A stretch of 32,000 nucleotides of DNA. Source: Methanothermobacter thermautotrophicus str. Delta H. Its GTDB lineage: Archaea; Methanobacteriota; Methanobacteria; Methanobacteriales; Methanothermobacteraceae. The DNA lies in NCBI RefSeq assembly GCF_000008645.1, contig NC_000916.1:1260001-1292000 (forward strand). Direction: 5' to 3'. The translations under genes and the position numbers were made by a program. Of the stretch, positions 1 to 8,490 are shown in pieces; within the stretch, counting starts at the first letter, position 1, and every line of letters starts with the position of its first letter. The notes below the pieces were generated by a model. That model was not told where the DNA came from. It did no database searches and saw only the letters and a program-made list of their open reading frames with translations.

Positions 1-1090
1 TCTTCTTCCATATTATAAGGTTTCCAGATGTTGGCTCAATGGATATTTTCCCGTCGTCCACCTCCACGGCTCCAAGGAGGGTTGATATCATTGCAATGAG
101 TATGAGGGCAGATATGAGTATGGGGAAGTGCATGTAGATGAAGGACCTCACTGTCTGAAGCTTACCTGCTGAACGCCTGAAAACATAGATGGATCTCCTG
201 ATGAGCCTTAAAAAATAGTAGACCGCCATTATAAATCCTGTGAGGGATATTATGACACCCAGGACTGCTGGTATGGCCCTTATGAAAAATATGCTGAAGA
301 CCCCAAGGGTTGTGAGTGATAGACCAAGGATGCACATCCTTATTGATTTCCCCATGGAATCCATCATGGTTATTCTGCCGTACTCCAGGGCCCTGTCAAC
401 TATTGTCCTAACAACCTCGTTGGCGACGACATTGAGATCCTTCAGGCTCGCCATGTCATGGTGTATGTTCCCGATATCCACCTCCCTCACGGTGAGGCCC
501 AGGACATCGGCGTCCAGTACTATGCCAACATCAACCCCGTAGTCCTCCTCAAATTTCATCTTCTCAAGGGCCGATCTTTTAGCTGCGAACTGTCCGCTCA
601 GGGGCTGTTCAAATTTTATCTCAGGGAAGAAGAACTTAAGAAGGGGTTTGGCTGTTAACTCAGTAACCCTCCCGGCCTTTCTTCTGAATCTGGTCTTTGT
701 GAGGTCGGCCCTCCCCGTTATTATGGGTTTTATCATCCTTTCAATCTTCTCTGTTGTCATGTTCTCAAGGTCAGCGTCGACAAAGACCACTATGTCGCCC
801 CGGGAATGCTTGAAACCTGTTTTTAGGGCTGCCCCCTTTCCGCGGTTGCTTGTATGCCTTATAACAGTGGCGCCTGCATCCTCTGCAGCACCAGCAGTAT
901 TATCTGTGGATCCATCATCCACAACGATAACCTCGTCCACCATATCTGATTTTCTGGCTGCTTCAATTACACTTCCAACTGTTTTTTCCTCGTTTAATGC
1001 AGGTATAACCACCGATACAGTGTGGCTTTTATCCTTCACTGCTCTGAAAGCGCATAGAAAGAACACAACCATGAGAATGAGCCATGACAT
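1..1090 (-). CDS. Family-2 glycosyltransferase with C-terminal membrane helices (dolichyl-phosphate hexose synthase-like); 3' end runs off the window
   Basis: Absent from the ORF track because there is no stop inside the window. Manual minus-strand translation from ATG at 1090 stays open to base 1: MSWLILMVVFFLCAF..VSVVIPALNEEKTVGSVIEAARKSDMVDEVIVVDDGSTDNTAGAAEDAGATVIRH..GKGAALKTGF..IVVFVDADL. This gives the GT-A/GT2 DDGSTD and DAD motifs, followed by hydrophobic segments. The + ORFs 240..542 and 648..1115 are its antisense shadow. Confidence 0.8.
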   Translation of the reverse strand, partial: MSWLILMVVFFLCAFRAVKDKSHTVSVVIPALNEEKTVGSVIEAARKSDMVDEVIVVDDGSTDNTAGAAEDAGATVIRHTSNRGKGAALKTGFKHSRGDIVVFVDADLENMTTEKIERMIKPIITGRADLTKTRFRRKAGRVTELTAKPLLKFFFPEIKFEQPLSGQFAAKRSALEKMKFEEDYGVDVGIVLDADVLGLTVREVDIGNIHHDMASLKDLNVVANEVVRTIVDRALEYGRITMMDSMGKSIRMCILGLSLTTLGVFSIFFIRAIPAVLGVIISLTGFIMAVYYFLRLIRRSIYVFRRSAGKLQTVRSFIYMHFPILISALILIAMISTLLGAVEVDDGKISIEPTSGNLIIWKK

Positions 1091-1243
1091 CAGTACACCT
1101 TCTGATACTCTGTAACTCTCTATTGGTAGAATCCCCTTATATACTGTTATGAAGACCTGTAAATGGTCCCTGCGGGAGGTGCCATCTATTAAATATGACC
1201 TCCGATAGATTCTCTATATATAAAGTTAAAGGTGAATCTCCAG

Positions 1244-2248
1244 ATGAAGCCCAGAGTGATGATACTCCTTGGAAGTGCATCTGATTTCAGGATAGCCGAA
1301 AAGGCAATGGAAATCTTTGAGGAACTCAGGATACCCTATGACCTGAGGGTTGCCTCAGCCCACAGGACACATGAAAAGGTAAAGGCAATAGTCTCAGAGG
1401 CCGTGAAGGCGGGTGTTGAGGTATTCATAGGAATAGCAGGACTATCAGCCCATCTTCCAGGCATGATATCTGCAAACACCCACAGACCCGTCATAGGGGT
1501 CCCTGTTGACGTTAAACTTGGAGGGCTCGACGCCCTCTTTGCATGTTCACAGATGCCCTTCCCTGCCCCCGTCGCCACTGTGGGGGTAGACAGGGGAGAA
1601 AACGCCGCAATACTCGCTGCCCAGATAATAGGGATAGGAGATCCCGGGGTAAGGGAAAGGGTTGCAGATCTAAGGAGAGGTTTCTATGAACGCGTGCGGA
1701 GAGATGAATGTCAGGTGCTCAACAGCATAGAGGGGTCCTACTATGCACCCCTGGAGGTTGAAATGCCTCCCATTGGTGATAAGGTCCCGTCAGATTCCCA
1801 GGATGACCCCATGGTATCTGTGATACCTGGCAGCTACTCTGACATGAAGATAGCCAAGAAGACCACCATGTTCCTCGAAAGGATGGGTATAAGCTATGAT
1901 CTGAACGTCATATCACCCATAAGGTACCCTGAAAGATTTGAGAGGTACCTTGAGAAGATGGAGAACGTGAAGCTCTTCATAGCCATAAGCGGCCTCTCTG
2001 CACATGTTACGGGTGCTGTTGTTGCCCTCAGCGACAGGCCGGTGATAGGGGTTCCCTGCCCCCTCAAGATGAACGGCTGGGACTCACTCCTCTCAATGAT
2101 CAACATGCCGCCGGGTGTACCTGTTGGAACGGTGGGGGTAGGTAACGGTGGTAACGCCGCAATACTGGCTGCTGAAATGCTTGGAATATACGATGAAAAG
2201 ATAGAATCGAGGATAAAGAGGATAAAGAGCCGTTCCGTTAAGTTCTAA
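1244..2248 (+). CDS. purE: Tandem-fused double PurE (N5-CAIR mutase / AIR carboxylase family)
   Basis: Two PurE modules in one ORF. Module 1: VMILLGSASD..ASAHRTHEK..AGLSAHLPGM..PVIGVPV..PVATVGV. Module 2: VSVIPGSYSD..SGLSAHVTGA..PVIGVPCP..VPVGTVGVGNGGNAAILAA. The track starts at GTG 1232, but AGGTGA at 1229-1234 lies 9 nt before ATG 1244, which I prefer. Confidence 0.85.
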   Translation: MKPRVMILLGSASDFRIAEKAMEIFEELRIPYDLRVASAHRTHEKVKAIVSEAVKAGVEVFIGIAGLSAHLPGMISANTHRPVIGVPVDVKLGGLDALFACSQMPFPAPVATVGVDRGENAAILAAQIIGIGDPGVRERVADLRRGFYERVRRDECQVLNSIEGSYYAPLEVEMPPIGDKVPSDSQDDPMVSVIPGSYSDMKIAKKTTMFLERMGISYDLNVISPIRYPERFERYLEKMENVKLFIAISGLSAHVTGAVVALSDRPVIGVPCPLKMNGWDSLLSMINMPPGVPVGTVGVGNGGNAAILAAEMLGIYDEKIESRIKRIKSRSVKF

Positions 2249-2305
2249 ATATGAAAAATGGAGATCAGGATAAAGAGCCGTTCCATAACTTCTGATGGTG
2301 ATTGA

Positions 2306-3577
2306 ATGAGAAACTTTCTTGATAAAATCGGCGAGGAGGCCCTGGTGGTTGAGGATGAGGTATCAACCAGTTTCGAGGCTGCCAGCATACTCAGAGAGCA
2401 TCCAAGGGACCTTGTTATACTCAAAAACCTGAAGGAATCCGATATACCCGTCATATCAGGGCTCTGCAATACCCGGGAGAAGATAGCCCTCTCCCTGAAC
2501 TGCAGGGTCCATGAGATAACCCACAGGATCGTTGAGGCCATGGAAAACCCCACCCCAATCAGTAGCGTGGGGGGACTGGATGGTTACAGATCAGGGAGGG
2601 CTGACCTCTCAGAGCTCCCCATCCTCAGGCACTACAGGAGGGATGGTGGACCCTACATAACTGCAGGGGTCATATTTGCCAGGGACCCTGATACAGGGGT
2701 GAGGAACGCCTCAATTCACAGGATGATGGTCATCGGTGATGACAGGCTGGCTGTCCGCATAGTACCCAGGCACCTCTACACCTACCTCCAGAAGGCTGAG
2801 GAGAGGGGTGAGGACCTTGAAATAGCCATAGCCATAGGTATGGACCCTGCAACGCTCCTTGCCACCACCACCTCCATACCCATCGATGCAGATGAGATGG
2901 AGGTGGCGAACACCTTCCATGAAGGTGAACTGGAACTTGTCAGATGTGAGGGAGTCGACATGGAGGTCCCCCCTGCAGAGATAATCCTTGAGGGACGTAT
3001 ACTCTGTGGTGTGAGGGAGAGGGAGGGCCCCTTTGTTGATCTGACAGACACCTATGATGTTGTAAGGGATGAACCTGTTATCTCCCTTGAAAGGATGCAT
3101 ATCAGGAAGGATGCAATGTACCACGCCATTCTGCCAGCCGGCTTTGAGCACCGTCTCCTTCAGGGTCTCCCCCAGGAGCCAAGGATATACAGGGCCGTTA
3201 AGAATACAGTCCCCACTGTAAGGAACGTTGTTCTGACGGAGGGTGGGTGCTGCTGGCTCCACGCCGCTGTATCAATTAAAAAACAGACTGAAGGTGATGG
3301 TAAGAACGTTATAATGGCTGCCCTTGCAGCACACCCCTCCCTGAAGCATGTCGTGGTTGTGGATGAGGATATAGACGTCCTTGACCCTGAGGAAATTGAA
3401 TATGCCATTGCAACCAGGGTTAAGGGTGATGATGACATCCTCATAGTTCCAGGGGCCAGGGGTTCATCCCTTGATCCTGCAGCACTGCCTGATGGCACCA
3501 CCACCAAGGTTGGTGTCGATGCAACCGCGCCCCTTGCTTCAGCTGAAAAATTCCAGAGGGTCAGCAGGTCAGAGTAA
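2306..3577 (+). CDS. UbiD-family (prFMN-dependent) decarboxylase; possibly anhydromevalonate-phosphate decarboxylase of the archaeal mevalonate pathway
   Basis: 423 aa with UbiD hallmarks: [72 protein letters not shown]. The family call is strong. The specific substrate is inference. Confidence 0.8.
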   Translation: MRNFLDKIGEEALVVEDEVSTSFEAASILREHPRDLVILKNLKESDIPVISGLCNTREKIALSLNCRVHEITHRIVEAMENPTPISSVGGLDGYRSGRADLSELPILRHYRRDGGPYITAGVIFARDPDTGVRNASIHRMMVIGDDRLAVRIVPRHLYTYLQKAEERGEDLEIAIAIGMDPATLLATTTSIPIDADEMEVANTFHEGELELVRCEGVDMEVPPAEIILEGRILCGVREREGPFVDLTDTYDVVRDEPVISLERMHIRKDAMYHAILPAGFEHRLLQGLPQEPRIYRAVKNTVPTVRNVVLTEGGCCWLHAAVSIKKQTEGDGKNVIMAALAAHPSLKHVVVVDEDIDVLDPEEIEYAIATRVKGDDDILIVPGARGSSLDPAALPDGTTTKVGVDATAPLASAEKFQRVSRSE

Positions 3578-3649
3578 CCGGGGCCTCAACCCCCTTTTCC
3601 TTAAGTTATAAATTCATGGTTAAACATCATCATTCGCTTGAATCTTAAT

Positions 3650-4657
3650 TCAGTCAGTAACAACATCAATTTTGGAGTTGCAGGATCTGCATCTGCCATC
3701 AGCGAGTCCAGAGGTATCTGTGATGTAGCCGTTCCTTCTTATAACCACCTCCCCGCAGGACGGACAGTAGGTGTTCTCTGCATCGGTGCCTGGCAGGTTA
3801 CCGACATAGACGTACTTCATTCCAGCCTCAAGTGCCAGCTCCCTCGCCCTCATAAGCCTGTCAGTTCCTGTGGGTGGCACGTCCTGCATCCTGTAATGTG
3901 GGAAGAACCGCGTGAAGTGCAGCGGGACCCTAACTCCGACCTCAGAGACCATGAAGTTTATGAGGGCCATTATATCATCATCTGAGTCATTGTATCCTGG
4001 TATGAGGAGGTTTGTTACCTCAATGTGGATACCCATATCATGCATCCTTATGATGTTCTCAAGCACTGGCCCGGGTTTTGCATCACAGAGTTCCCTGTAG
4101 AAGGTCTCTGACATTCCCTTGAGGTCAACGTTTGCAGCGTCCAGGAGGGGGCCCAGTATGTCAAGCGCCTCCCTGCTCATGTACCCATTAGTCACATAGA
4201 CCGTCGAGAGACCCTCGGCCCTTGCAAGTTCCGCTGAGTCAAGGGTGTATTCAAGCCACATGGTGGGTTCATTGTAGGTCCAGGCTATGGACCTGCAGCT
4301 GGCGCTGAGGGCATTTTCAACTGCCTCCTCCGGTGAAATGTATCTTGTGGGGAATTCGTCTATCCTGGCCTGGGATATGCTCCAGTTCTGGCAGTACCTG
4401 CACCTGAAGTTACAGCCCACACTTCCAAGTGAATATGCAAGGGTCCCTGGATGGAAGTGAAAGAGAGGTTTCTTCTCTATGGGGTCAACGGCTGCCGATG
4501 ACACCTCCCCATAGGTGAGTGAGTATATCCTGCCGTCCCTGTTCTCACGGGTGAGACAGTAGCCCCTCCCACCTTCAGGTATCAGGCACTTCCTGTTACA
4601 TACCAGGCACCTGAGCCTGTCATCGACCCCTTCATAAAGTATGGCTTCCTTCCTCAT
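3650..4657 (-). CDS. AmmeMemoRadiSam-system radical SAM enzyme (PflA-like activase family)
   Basis: CNFRCRYCQNW is a CxxxCxxC radical-SAM cluster motif. N-terminal CLVCNRKC..GYC and DPIEKKPLFHF, and a C-terminal CPSCG..CRSC ribbon, are typical of this family. The track start at 4690 overlaps thiL by 23 nt. ATG 4657 (MRKEAILYEG) follows GGGGGT and is preferred. Confidence 0.8.
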   Translation of the reverse strand: MRKEAILYEGVDDRLRCLVCNRKCLIPEGGRGYCLTRENRDGRIYSLTYGEVSSAAVDPIEKKPLFHFHPGTLAYSLGSVGCNFRCRYCQNWSISQARIDEFPTRYISPEEAVENALSASCRSIAWTYNEPTMWLEYTLDSAELARAEGLSTVYVTNGYMSREALDILGPLLDAANVDLKGMSETFYRELCDAKPGPVLENIIRMHDMGIHIEVTNLLIPGYNDSDDDIMALINFMVSEVGVRVPLHFTRFFPHYRMQDVPPTGTDRLMRARELALEAGMKYVYVGNLPGTDAENTYCPSCGEVVIRRNGYITDTSGLADGRCRSCNSKIDVVTD

Positions 4658-4667
4658 GGCATACCCC

Positions 4668-5651
4668 CTAGCCGGGGCTGAGATGTTCATAGCCCCTCAC
4701 ATGAAGTTTATATGTAACTCCATCCTTATCAACCATTTCAATTCCACCTCCAACGGTGACCTCACCGATTACATGGAGCTCCATCATGTCAGAGAGTTCT
4801 TCCATCCCGGTGGGTGGTGCTGTGAATACCAGTTCAAAGTCCTCTCCATAGTATAGGGCGAGTTCCAGTGGGTCCCTGCCGAGAATGGATGCAATTTCAG
4901 GGACCTCCCTGCCCAGGGGCAGCCTATCCTCATATATCCTCATGCCTGTCCCGCTTGCATCCATGAGCTCCCCGAGCTCACTTACAAGGCCATCGGTTAT
5001 GTCGGTGGCCGAGGATACCAGACCTGATTCTGCAAGGATGAGTCCCTCCTCTATGCGGGCCACCGGTCTGAGGGATCTCTCAACCGCATTTTCAAAGCCC
5101 CCTGTATCTCTACCCGAAAGGATGAGTTCTGTCCCTGCTGCACCAACTCCCAGGGGTCCCGTGACAGCCACGAGGTCCCCTGGCCTGGCCCCGGACTTCA
5201 TGAGGACCATGTCCTTTTCAGCCCGCCCGATGGCTGTTCCTGAGAGTATTATCTCATCGGCCTCGTTTGTGTCCCCTCCGATGAGTGGAGCCTGGTAGTG
5301 GCAGCATGCCTCTATCACGCCATCCATGAGGGAGTCAAAGAATTCCAGTTCAAGGTCGGGTAGGGCCACCGAAAGGATGAATCCTTCAGGTCTAGAGCCC
5401 ATTGCAGCAAGGTCGCTCATGTTAACAGTGACTGTCTTCCAGCCCATGTCCCGTGGCCTTTCAGGGTCAGGGAAGTGTCTGGTCTCAAGGAGGAGGTCAG
5501 AGGTTAGTACCAGGAACTCTTCCCCTGCATCAATGAGGGCTGCGTCGTCCCCGAGGCCCATGACCTCTGATGATCCGAAAACTGATCTTGCTCTGGATAT
5601 TATCCTGGATATGAGCTTTTTTTCTCCAAGGGAGGATATTCTATCATGCAT
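4668..5651 (-). CDS. thiL: Thiamine-monophosphate kinase
   Basis: AIR-synthase-like fold motifs: [34 protein letters not shown], plus a C-terminal PurM-like domain. Length 327 aa. Confidence 0.85.
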
Positions 5652-5679
5652 TTTATCAAAAATAGTTGGATGGGAACAG

Positions 5680-6111
5680 TTAAATTGCTGATTTAACCCT
5701 GTCCCTGATTATCTCGGCTATCCTTGGATCAGCGCCGAGGGGTTCCGTATAGACTATCTCACCATCGAATTCAAATTCTTCATGCTCATGTTCGTGTTCA
5801 TGGTGATGGTGGCCTTCGGCACCGTTGTCAAGGCCGAGTATGTGGGGTATGTCATGTTTGGTGTGCACTCCATGGGCCAGGAAAACCGGTGTGACGATGA
5901 TCTTCTCAACACCCATGGCTGCAAGTTCATTTATTGCCTCGGGTATTGATGGTCTTGACATGTTCATGAAGCCCACTGCAACGGGGTGGTCGGCCTCCTG
6001 TCGGTAGATGTCAGCTATGCCGTTTATAACCTCCTCACCGTAGGGGAGGCGGCTGCCGTGCCCCACCAGCAGAACGCCTATCTTAGGTTTTTGGTTTGAA
6101 TTTGAATCCAT
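5680..6111 (-). CDS. cfbA: Small class II chelatase: sirohydrochlorin cobalto-/nickel-chelatase (CbiX-small / CfbA) with a His-rich insert
   Basis: 143 aa. [15 protein letters not shown] and [17 protein letters not shown] match CbiX(S)/CfbA catalytic His motifs. There is an internal [13 protein letters not shown] run. The start overlaps the upstream DUF35 gene by 29 nt. Confidence 0.85.
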
Positions 6112-6484
6112 AGGATATCACTCCATCCTCGCCCTCTTCTCTAACCTTCCTGAATACCATCTCGACCTCATCACCTATTTCTATTGAATCAGGGTCGCAG
6201 TCAACTATCTGGCTTGTTACCCTTGCACCCTCCTCCAGTTCAACTATGGCCACCACGTAGGGGGCTATGTCCTTGAACTCGTCGGTGGGGGTGTTTATGA
6301 CGGAGTAACTGTGTATCCTTCCCTTCCCGCTGAACTTCAATTCCTCGAGTTTGCCCTTGCGTCTGCATTCCGGGCATATTATCCTGCTGGGGAAGAAAAC
6401 ATTCCCGCACTGAAGACATTTTGATCCTGTAAGATTGTAGCGCTGGGGTATATGGCGCCATGTCCTGACGGTTTCTGTCATCAT
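6083..6484 (-). CDS. DUF35 Zn-ribbon/OB-fold protein (family that scaffolds the archaeal thiolase/HMG-CoA synthase complex)
   Basis: A CLQCGNVFFPSRIICPEC rubredoxin-like ribbon is followed by an OB-fold segment (YVVAIVELEEGARVTSQIV..GDEVEMVF). GGAGGT precedes the ATG. Confidence 0.75.
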   Translation of the reverse strand: MMTETVRTWRHIPQRYNLTGSKCLQCGNVFFPSRIICPECRRKGKLEELKFSGKGRIHSYSVINTPTDEFKDIAPYVVAIVELEEGARVTSQIVDCDPDSIEIGDEVEMVFRKVREEGEDGVISYGFKFKPKT

Positions 6485-6753
6485 GTAACCTCCATACAGT
6501 AATCACTTTTCATTATCTATCTTGGTTCATTATAATTAAATCATACGGTCATCTGATATTTAAATCACTGCCTCCCTGAGGGAATAATAAAGATCCCTCT
6601 TGCTCGCAGCTACTTTTTAATGTGTTATGGGCGTCCTTTAGTCCTAAAATGGGTCCATATTCATTTTCTCCAGCACAAAGAATTAATAATACTTTATTAA
6701 TATTTAGGTAATATTTTTATATCTGTAATACTTAATTTTCATTTGGTGATATT

Positions 6754-7656
6754 ATGGATGATTGTGGATACGTCATGGCAGGTGCATCCCTACTGCTGAT
6801 GATACCCGTAATCATAATCACGGCCATGATTCTGAGTCTCGGTGAAGCACACAGTGACATGAACATGGAGAGAAAACTTTCAGCCTGTGTAGAGGGTGCT
6901 GCATGGGACATCAGGGACAACGTCCCCATCATAACAATGGATGTGCTCAATGAAACCGCAGGGGAGGCCATCAATGGGACCCTTCCCTCAGATGATGTCA
7001 GGGATCTGGTCAGGGAGAGAGTGCAGGAGCGTATTGACCGTCTATGCAGAAGCCACAGGAACGTCAATGCAAGCTGCAGGGTGAATTCGGTTGAAGGAAC
7101 AGAGGCCCCCTTTCAGGTTGAGGTCAACTCAACACTTGAAATACGGGCAGGGAACATTGAACACGCTGAGAACCTTTCTGTGAGGGTCACGGTTGATGGA
7201 CTCCCGGATCCGCTGCCCTTCAGGGTCCTCGGGAGGCTTGAACACAGTAACACCACAATAGAATATGGTGATGCCCTCGCAGAGTATCTTAACTCCAGTG
7301 GCGTGGATGGTGGAGCCTACATCAATGCAAAGGGGCCCCTCATTATAAGAAGATGCCCCTACGAACCCTACACCTCCCATGGATCTGAGGGGGTCCATGC
7401 CTGCATCCTCAATGGATACTACCATGAAAGCAGGGATGGTGCCTGTTACCTCTGCAGACTGGAGGGAAAAACATCCTGCCCACACATGGGGCTTGAAACA
7501 TTCATAATCCCGTCGAAGGAATTAGGAGAGGCCCCGGTATCCATTGACCACGTCCTCTTTAATGAAAAATACACTGGCGAAGCACTGAACATCTCAGGAT
7601 TCATCATTTACCTGGACGCAGGTCACATGACAAAGTACGGGGTGAGAAGACAATGA
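6754..7656 (+). CDS. Hypothetical exported protein, N-terminally membrane-anchored, Cys-rich and N-glycosylation-sequon-rich
   Basis: GGTGAT RBS before the ATG. One N-terminal hydrophobic helix (AGASLLLMIPVIIITAMILSL). 8 N-X-S/T sequons (NET, NGT, NAS, NST, NLS, NTT, NSS, NIS) and 9 Cys, including CYLCRLEGKTSCPH. No family recognised. Confidence 0.6.
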   Translation: MDDCGYVMAGASLLLMIPVIIITAMILSLGEAHSDMNMERKLSACVEGAAWDIRDNVPIITMDVLNETAGEAINGTLPSDDVRDLVRERVQERIDRLCRSHRNVNASCRVNSVEGTEAPFQVEVNSTLEIRAGNIEHAENLSVRVTVDGLPDPLPFRVLGRLEHSNTTIEYGDALAEYLNSSGVDGGAYINAKGPLIIRRCPYEPYTSHGSEGVHACILNGYYHESRDGACYLCRLEGKTSCPHMGLETFIIPSKELGEAPVSIDHVLFNEKYTGEALNISGFIIYLDAGHMTKYGVRRQ

Positions 7657-7704
7657 TAACCCCGGCCAGCCCTCTGCCCTCGCCAGAGTACGGATGGGGA
7701 AACC

Positions 7705-8490
7705 ATGATACTGTCAACTGACTTTCTGCTTTCACTGATCATAGTGGCCCTTATCCTGGGAACATCTGCAGAACTTGTGGACATGCAGGAGAGTCGCCTC
7801 AGCGAGGAGTTCCGGGAGGGTCATGTGAATCAGAAAGCCGCTGCTGCAGCTGATATCCTGGTAAGCACTCCAGGGGATCCGCCCAGCTGGGAAAAAATTC
7901 CTGTAAGCGCCTGTAAATCCCCTGGACTTGCAGTGCCCGGTGAGAGGGGAACGATATCCTATGAAAAGTTCAGGAAACTACAGAGCAGGCCGGAACTCCT
8001 TGGCAGGGCCTTCCAGGGTATGAGGGTGCAGCTTGTCCTGAGACCCATCAACTCCAGCATCAGGCCCCTGGTCGCAGGTGAAAACATCAGCGGGGATGAG
8101 ATCTCAGTGATGAGAATACCCGTTAACTGCAACTTCCTCTCAGGCCATGTAATAAAACTCCAGAAGGCTGTCTGTCCCTGCGGACACCCGGAGAACTGGA
8201 CCTGCATGAATTTTAGATTTAACAGTTCACTGGACTACTATCTGATCTCTGACAGCCCGGAGGGCTCATGGATGCTGGATACAGGGAACAGCCACATTGA
8301 TGAGGTGGATCTCATATATGGGAGTGTTAAACTCAATCTGACCGGTGAGGGCGTGGCATGGCTGCACGTACATGGAGGTGGGTGGGTGTCCGTTGTGGCC
8401 CTTCCCCGCGGCAGCAGGGATTATCTCATGTCACCAGACTACTTCCGGGTCCAGCCATGCGTCCTTGAGGTCATAACAGCTCCCTTCTGA
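7705..8490 (+). CDS. Hypothetical exported protein with pilin-like hydrophobic N-terminus, sequon-rich
   Basis: The N-terminus MILSTDFLLSLIIVALILGTSAELV resembles the hydrophobic core of archaeal type IV pilin-like proteins, but no basic leader or G/A cleavage motif is seen. 5 sequons (NSS, NIS, NWT, NSS, NLT) and a CPCGH..C cluster. Co-oriented 48 nt after 6754..7656. Confidence 0.55.
   Translation: MILSTDFLLSLIIVALILGTSAELVDMQESRLSEEFREGHVNQKAAAAADILVSTPGDPPSWEKIPVSACKSPGLAVPGERGTISYEKFRKLQSRPELLGRAFQGMRVQLVLRPINSSIRPLVAGENISGDEISVMRIPVNCNFLSGHVIKLQKAVCPCGHPENWTCMNFRFNSSLDYYLISDSPEGSWMLDTGNSHIDEVDLIYGSVKLNLTGEGVAWLHVHGGGWVSVVALPRGSRDYLMSPDYFRVQPCVLEVITAPF

Noticed and set aside
240-1115. 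The + strand ORFs 240..542 and 648..1115 as genes
   Set aside because: They lie antisense to a continuous minus-strand reading frame with clear GT2 motifs (VIVVDDGSTD, DAD). Their products are low-complexity S/T/P/R-rich, as expected for shadow ORFs.
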